A stretch of 63,507 nt of DNA, counting the filler, from Nemertoderma westbladi (Eukaryota > Animalia > Xenacoelomorpha), in NCBI GenBank assembly GCA_032718475.1. It is 3 parts of 3 records of this genome, joined end to end, with 100 filler letters (N's around TTAATTAATTAA, not from the genome) between each part and the next. Parts side by side here need not be neighbours in the genome. Positions count along the whole stretch, not along the records: positions 58,084 to 63,507 come from JAUCBJ010000340.1; 2 more parts are not named here. One strand, given 5' to 3'. The position numbers and the translations under genes are program-made. The notes below the pieces were generated by a model. The model did no database searches. It was not told where the DNA came from and saw nothing but the letters and a program-made list of their open reading frames with translations. Shown here piece after piece: positions 58,130 through 63,507 of the stretch. How positions within the stretch are numbered: position 1 is the first letter of the stretch; each line of letters opens with the position of its first letter.

Positions 58130-58948
58130 TTTTCGCCAGACCACCGGCTTTTGGGAAGAACTCTAGTAAAACTGCTTAAATTATAGAAAGTATAACTGTT
58201 ACCTAACTAGTCTAACTCACTATTAGTCATATGATTCTCCCGAACTTTACTTATTAATTATATTGTTTGTACTGTTATTTACCGTCAGTTATTAATTGTA
58301 TCGATTTGTTGATGAAATATTGCCTTTGGAGAATACTGATAAATCACCCAAAATTCCCAATTTTCTTGATACACTACAGGTTAGAGAGACAGGCTATACA
58401 TAACAATTGCGATTTATATCAATGTGGTGTGTATTGAATCTAATGTTATTTAGCAGACACTACATGAGTCAATTGCTGTTCTCTTTATGTGTGATCAAAT
58501 TTACTGACGGTCGGCAGAATAGTGTGCATGATTGTGATTGGTAACAAAGCATTTCCTAAAGAATGCGCCTTATACTTTAATCATAAGCATTATCGTTGCG
58601 TTTAGTATAAGTCCTAGCTCTGTTTAAATAGATAGAGCGCCACGTCCTAAAGGAACTGTTAATATTTCCCGAAAGCTAATAATATCTGTCAGAAATTACA
58701 TATGAGTGATCAATCGAATAATACAGTAGGTTTACACTGCAATCTTACACTGCAATAATAAAATTTAAGCATCCGAATTCAGCCTCCCGGGTGTATCCAT
58801 CGGGTGAATGATCGCGCATGGGCTGGCTTCGGTTAATGTTTTGTTTATTAGCATAAAATATTGTCGTATGCTAAAGGTGTTTTAATTAACTAAAAGACAT
58901 ATAAATTTTGGCAGGTTAAACTGCTAAAGGTCTTCAAAAGCGCGAACA
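58130..58948 (+). mobile_element. LTR-like dispersed repeat, copy 2 (5' end probably cut by the gap)
   Basis: Shares blocks AGCGCCACGTCCTAAAGGAACTGTTAATATT, CGGGTGAATGATCGCGCA, GGTTAAACTGC and terminal AAAGCGCGAACA with copy 1. Confidence 0.55.
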
Positions 58949-59099
58949 CTATATGATGTTATTTTGTATTTTGTTTATAGTAGATGTGACTGGTTTATAT
59001 TTATGGAAGATTACTATTTCGGTTATGAAGAATTTAATGACCTTTTTGAATTTAAAAATTTCCAATAATAAGAATTTAATGGCATATTTAGTTTTTTAC

Positions 59100-59312
59100 A
59101 AGCTCAGTTGGCTGAGCGCCGGGCCGGGCCTGCAATCTATTGGTTGTAGGTTCAGCCCCGCCATGATCCACTCAGCCTTTCATCCACTGGTGTCGATAGA
59201 ATGAGTACCAGTTAAATAACTGGGAGCAAATCTTGAGACTGGAGTAGAGCCCAGCCCTACCCTGGGTAGCAGCTATCGAAAGAGGAGCCTTCGGGTCGCC
59301 TCCGGCTTCGGT
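59100..59312 (+). mobile_element. tRNA-headed SINE with Nin/Deu-type core and RTE-like tail
   Basis: AGCTCAGTTGG A-box, GGTTCAGCC B-box-like, core CCACTCAGCCTTTCATCC..GTCGATAGAATGAGTACCA, tail GGAGCCTTCGGGTCGCC. Confidence 0.65.
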
Positions 59313-59891
59313 AATATATATTCTGATTACTCCTTAAAACTTATACATACAATCGCAAATACAATCGTAATGATATGATAAAATATACGTTAGGGGGTTG
59401 TAAAAGTTACTTAAACTTTATGATTAAGCGGTAATAGTGAAGTATTGTATATTATTCTCGTGTATTATTTTGAAGTTAATTACCTATATTCCCTTGATGT
59501 ATTTCCCGCTTGCCAAGTCCTTATCCGAAGGTGATCAGTTACTAATATTTTCTAAGAGCGTTTTTTTTTCTGTAGACATAATGACATAGATTTTGGCGAA
59601 GAGCAGAGGAAATACCTCTTACACTTTTCAAAAACGGAGGTGGGTCTCAGATAGATTGGTAGGGACCGTTGAAAAGAGTTGAATAGCATATTGCACCGTA
59701 GAATAGGTTGTAGGATGAGGTTGGGCCCGCGTTGAATTCCAATTAATAGTCCAATAGTAACAGACACCACTATGGTGGCCCGTTAGAGTCACCAAATAAT
59801 GTTGAGAAAATCAGTGTAATTTTTTGATTTTACAAATATATAATAAAATTAAAAAAAAATTTAATAATAAAAAATTAAATCCGCATTCACA

Positions 59892-60335
59892 TTGGAGCCT
59901 CCCGGCCTATGCAGCAGAGACGGGAAGCGAGTCGACGGCCCTACGCTGGTGCCGTGGAGCCAGGGCCGCACCCTCACCTGGGATGCCACGGTTGTTGACC
60001 CCCTCGCCCCGAGCTACATCCAGCAAACGATCGTAACCGGTGGTCGTACTGCAGAACGGAGGGAGAGGGAGAAGCACCAGACGTATCTGGAGGTGGTAGA
60101 GCGGGGGCACCTCTTCCACCCGGTCGCATTCGAGACCTTTGGCCGGTCTGGCCCGGAGACAGCCACATTCCTCCGCGAGTTAGGGTCCCGCCTCCACGCC
60201 ATCACCCACGAACCCCGATCGCACCACTTTCTCCTCCAGAGGATTAAGGTCGCCATTGTGATCGGGAATGCCGCCTCCATCATGGCTACAACTGGTTCGT
60301 CATCCCGTGGACTGTTCGACGACTTGCTGGACTAA
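59892..60335 (+). pseudogene. 5'-truncated CRE-clade non-LTR element, restriction-like endonuclease domain
   Basis: EPPGL..DGKRVDG.TLVPW..G..LTWDATVVD..EKHQTY..FHPVAFETFG..LQRIKVAIVIGNAASI. Confidence 0.85.
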
Positions 60336-60839
60336 TTAAATTAATCTAATTAATTTTATTGCAATAATATTACAATATGTCGTAACTGGGTGAATATTTT
60401 TTGGTGGAATCATTTTTTTTTATTGTTTATTTTTTTTTTCTAATATTATTGGGAATTTTAATTAAAAAAATTTATTAAAGAAATGAATAAAGTAATTTAA
60501 AATTTTTAATCACAATTTATATTTATATTTGAGTCTATATTAATACTCATATTTAGTCTAAGCATTCCATTATTCCACATTATCGTCGTTGGCCGTTAAC
60601 TCTCATCAGATATGTTGATATCACAGCTATGAACAAAAATGATTCTGTGAAACATTCCAAATCGTCAAGAAGTGAGTCACCAAAGAAGAGAAAAACGTAA
60701 AAAAAGAAGCAATTAATATTTAAATAAAATTTATCTAAAAGACTCGGAATGTGCAGCAAAATATTTTGACAAAACTATTTGACACATGCAGCATTACCGA
60801 CCTGGATACAAACCCCTAAACGTTGACGGAGGTGTTCAA

Positions 60840-62760
60840 TCGATTTTTTGTTGCCAGATACCTTCTGTATACGGTGCCCCAGCTCTACGATAGGAATGCT
60901 ATCGTAGAGGTGCAGAGACCGCGCAGTGATTCCAAATCTACAGGTTGAATTATATAATTACGTGAGAGTTCGTGAGAGATTACGCGTTAGTTTCCTATCT
61001 TCAGCCATGTCTGCTACAGTAGGACCATCTTGGAGTGCTGATTGGGAGTATTAGGGAGCCTGGCGGTGGACGCAGGTAAAGTCCCAAATAAGAGACTTGC
61101 CTCTCACCTATGGGAGCATTGTGGCCCCGTCCGGTCTCTTACCATCACTTCTACACATTACGACAGGTTCTAAGGTGCTAGAAATCTCTGCAGATACAAG
61201 TGCCCGATGAATTGCATCATTCCCGAGCCTTAGATATTGGTGGCGACTCTTAATGTGGCTGCAGGTGAAAGCATGTAGAGCTGATGAGTCTATGGCAGCG
61301 CCACACACGCAAGGGTGTGAGATTCAGACTTGTGCGCCCAGCCGTAGAGCAACAGTGATTCCAAACTCTTCATTAGATAATTTCAGGCCTAGGGGGGAAG
61401 ATGGCAAGGTGTTGAGCCAGTCCCCAGATCCTTGGACCTTGCAACCGCTCAGGCGTGCAGCTGATGTTTCGTCTGATACTTCAAGGAGCGAGGCAAACCG
61501 TGAAACTGCTATTGGTTGCGAACAGTTTCTCTGTCTCTTTGGATCTTCTGGAGTATTCGCCTCTGGGATCATGCTTTTCCAACAGTCTATAGCTTCCCCA
61601 TGGTGTTTGTTCTCACTAGAAGAGTGATAAATCTCTTTAATTAACGATTCATTCTTATGTAATAATGAGAGGTATGCATGCACAAGGCGCAATTTCTGTC
61701 ACAGAAGGGATTCCGAGGCCACTATGTCGAGAAGGAAGGATTGCTTGCTCCAAGGTTTCAGTTTCCAGTTATAGAGTTACAGGTTCGTTATCTCTTCTAG
61801 AGACTCCCTTATATTGTTATCGATCTTGCTAAGTAGATGGGGTTCGTTGAAAGTTGGTGATGAACGGAGCATGTATGTAAGTTTTGGTATGGCTAGACAG
61901 TTTTTGAGTAGGAAAAAGGCGTCATGGTTGTCAAGGAGACGGAGACGATTGTGAAACAGACTGATGTTGTCCAACTTCTTACAGATGACATTAGAGAGGG
62001 CTTCGGGGCTAATGGGGGCACCAAGTACTATTATTGACTGGTGATTGGTGATTTCACAGACTTCGATGAAACAGTTACCGGGTTTACATCAGCTGGTTTG
62101 TCTGGAAAGGGGCGTCGGTCTGGTAGAGTTGGTGGATGTTACTCTTTGAGTTTTTCTAAAGTCAACTTATCAAATGCAGCTATAGAGTCTTCGTACGTCG
62201 CTATGCGGATAGCTCCCTTTACATCGACTGCATCTAGCTTCTGTGATACTGCTGAAGCCAGGAGTCTATTCGCATCATCTCTATCAATTGGGGTACTCTT
62301 ATTCTCAGCTTTATTATTAGACTTTTTTGGTTTAAAAAGTTTCATTAAGTCAGTCGTAGAGTTAAAAATGGCACATTGTTAACAAGTGAAGATTTGTGTT
62401 AATGGGTACCAAGTTAAGATAGTGACTTGCGTTGTTTCTGTCCCCCTCACTCAGGGCGCTTCAGGCAAATGTATGGCATAAGGAGCAGTCTGGACCATGA
62501 GGAATGATCATTATTCTTGAGCACTGAATGTATGCAGTTACTCAGTGTCTTGGCCACCTGGATCCTAGATCCCCGGGGGATAAATTTAAGTAGTCTCACT
62601 CTGGCATCTCTGACGAGTTTCAAAAGCTGAGTAGCTGATTCCTCAATGGGATGTGGTCCTAGTGGTGATGGGACATCTTTCATTGAGGGTCTATCCTGGG
62701 GTTGAGAACAGAGCAAATTACTTTGATCCACTCGTACTGAACGACCAGAGTCTGGGCGCT
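60840..62760 (-). pseudogene. degraded CRE-clade non-LTR retrotransposon, RT core deleted
   Basis: Ordered fragments FIPRGSR..WSRLL, VKGAIR, VLGAPI..LLKNCLAIPKLTYMLRS, SGDWLNTLPSS..ALRLG, CGAAID..H..C and EP..DGKRPDG. Confidence 0.85.
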
Positions 62761-63507
62761 CATCACCGTTTGCTGACCTGTGCCTACGGAGCTGCCCGCT
62801 ATTGCTACTGTTCGGATCCTGTTCGTTGTCAGTGATGGTACGTATTTCTCTAGTTGCGGGTCTTACTAAGGTGGAATTTTTTTCAATTGTTTCTAACAGT
62901 TATTTACGAAATTCTGCAATTTCTGCAATAATCTTGGGAAATATTAGTGTAATTTGTTGATTTTTCAAATATATAAAAAAATTAAAAAAAAAATTTAATA
63001 ATAAAAAATTTTTTAAAAAATTATTTAAAAAAATAATTATAAAAAAAATAATAATTAAAAAAATAATAATTAAAAAAAATTATAAAAAAATAATAATTTA
63101 ATTTTAATAATTTTTTTTAATTTTTTATTATTAAATTTTATTTTAATATTATTAGCAAGTCGTAGGACTTGATTACTGTAAGAATTGTTCGCTGATTGAT
63201 TGATTGACTGGCTGGCTGACCTGAAGCTGACTGTTCTGTCAGGCTTCCCTTCAGACCATACGCTACACGATTGTTGAGGACAACTTTCACAGCGGCTATG
63301 TTACCGCGACCCTACCAGGTCCACTGGATGGATGTTCCGCTACTTGCGTCGTTACCATGAGCCGTGGGCTCGCTCTCTCTGACCATAAACGATAAAACGC
63401 CATAGGCGCACTTTCCTAAAATAACGCCACAGGCACAGCTTTGTTGGTGGACATTTACATTTGCTTGATGACTTCGACTTGCTTAACGGCGTCTTGACGC
63501 CGTCTCT

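Noticed and set aside
62960-63150. A/T-only quasi-palindrome
   Set aside because: Low-complexity sequence; self-complementarity is expected from composition
63190-63507. Possible SWIM-like fragment (VHQQSCACG) on the minus strand
   Set aside because: Short, interrupted and at the window edge

Overview
AT-rich animal (invertebrate-type) genomic DNA in three contigs (1-30455, 30556-57983, 58084-63507). The contigs are joined by artificial N44-TTAATTAATTAA-N44 linkers, so adjacency across them is not evidence. Host genes: the 3' exons of an ADAM/reprolysin-type zinc metalloprotease (+); a complete EGFR/ErbB receptor kinase with only one coding intron (-); an intronless SVOP-type MFS transporter (+); and an intronless somatomedin-B-domain class B-like GPCR (+). 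The rest is mostly repeats and transposons: 17-bp satellites, a full-length Sola2-type DNA transposon inserted in one copy of a ~2.9-kb higher-order satellite duplication, hAT-type MITEs with TSDs, a HINE-like element with a 315-bp array, RTE/CR1/CRE fragments and a Nin/Deu-type SINE. The most notable element is a decayed BEL/Pao LTR retrotransposon that carries, between pol and its PPT/3' LTR, an open 546-aa ORF with DEDDy (WRN/EXD/Mut-7-like) 3'-5' exonuclease motifs instead of env. A GC-rich, RT-deleted Gypsy element with identical LTRs and a -1 frameshift pseudoknot is inserted in its protease region. All family assignments come from motif recognition by eye, not database searches.
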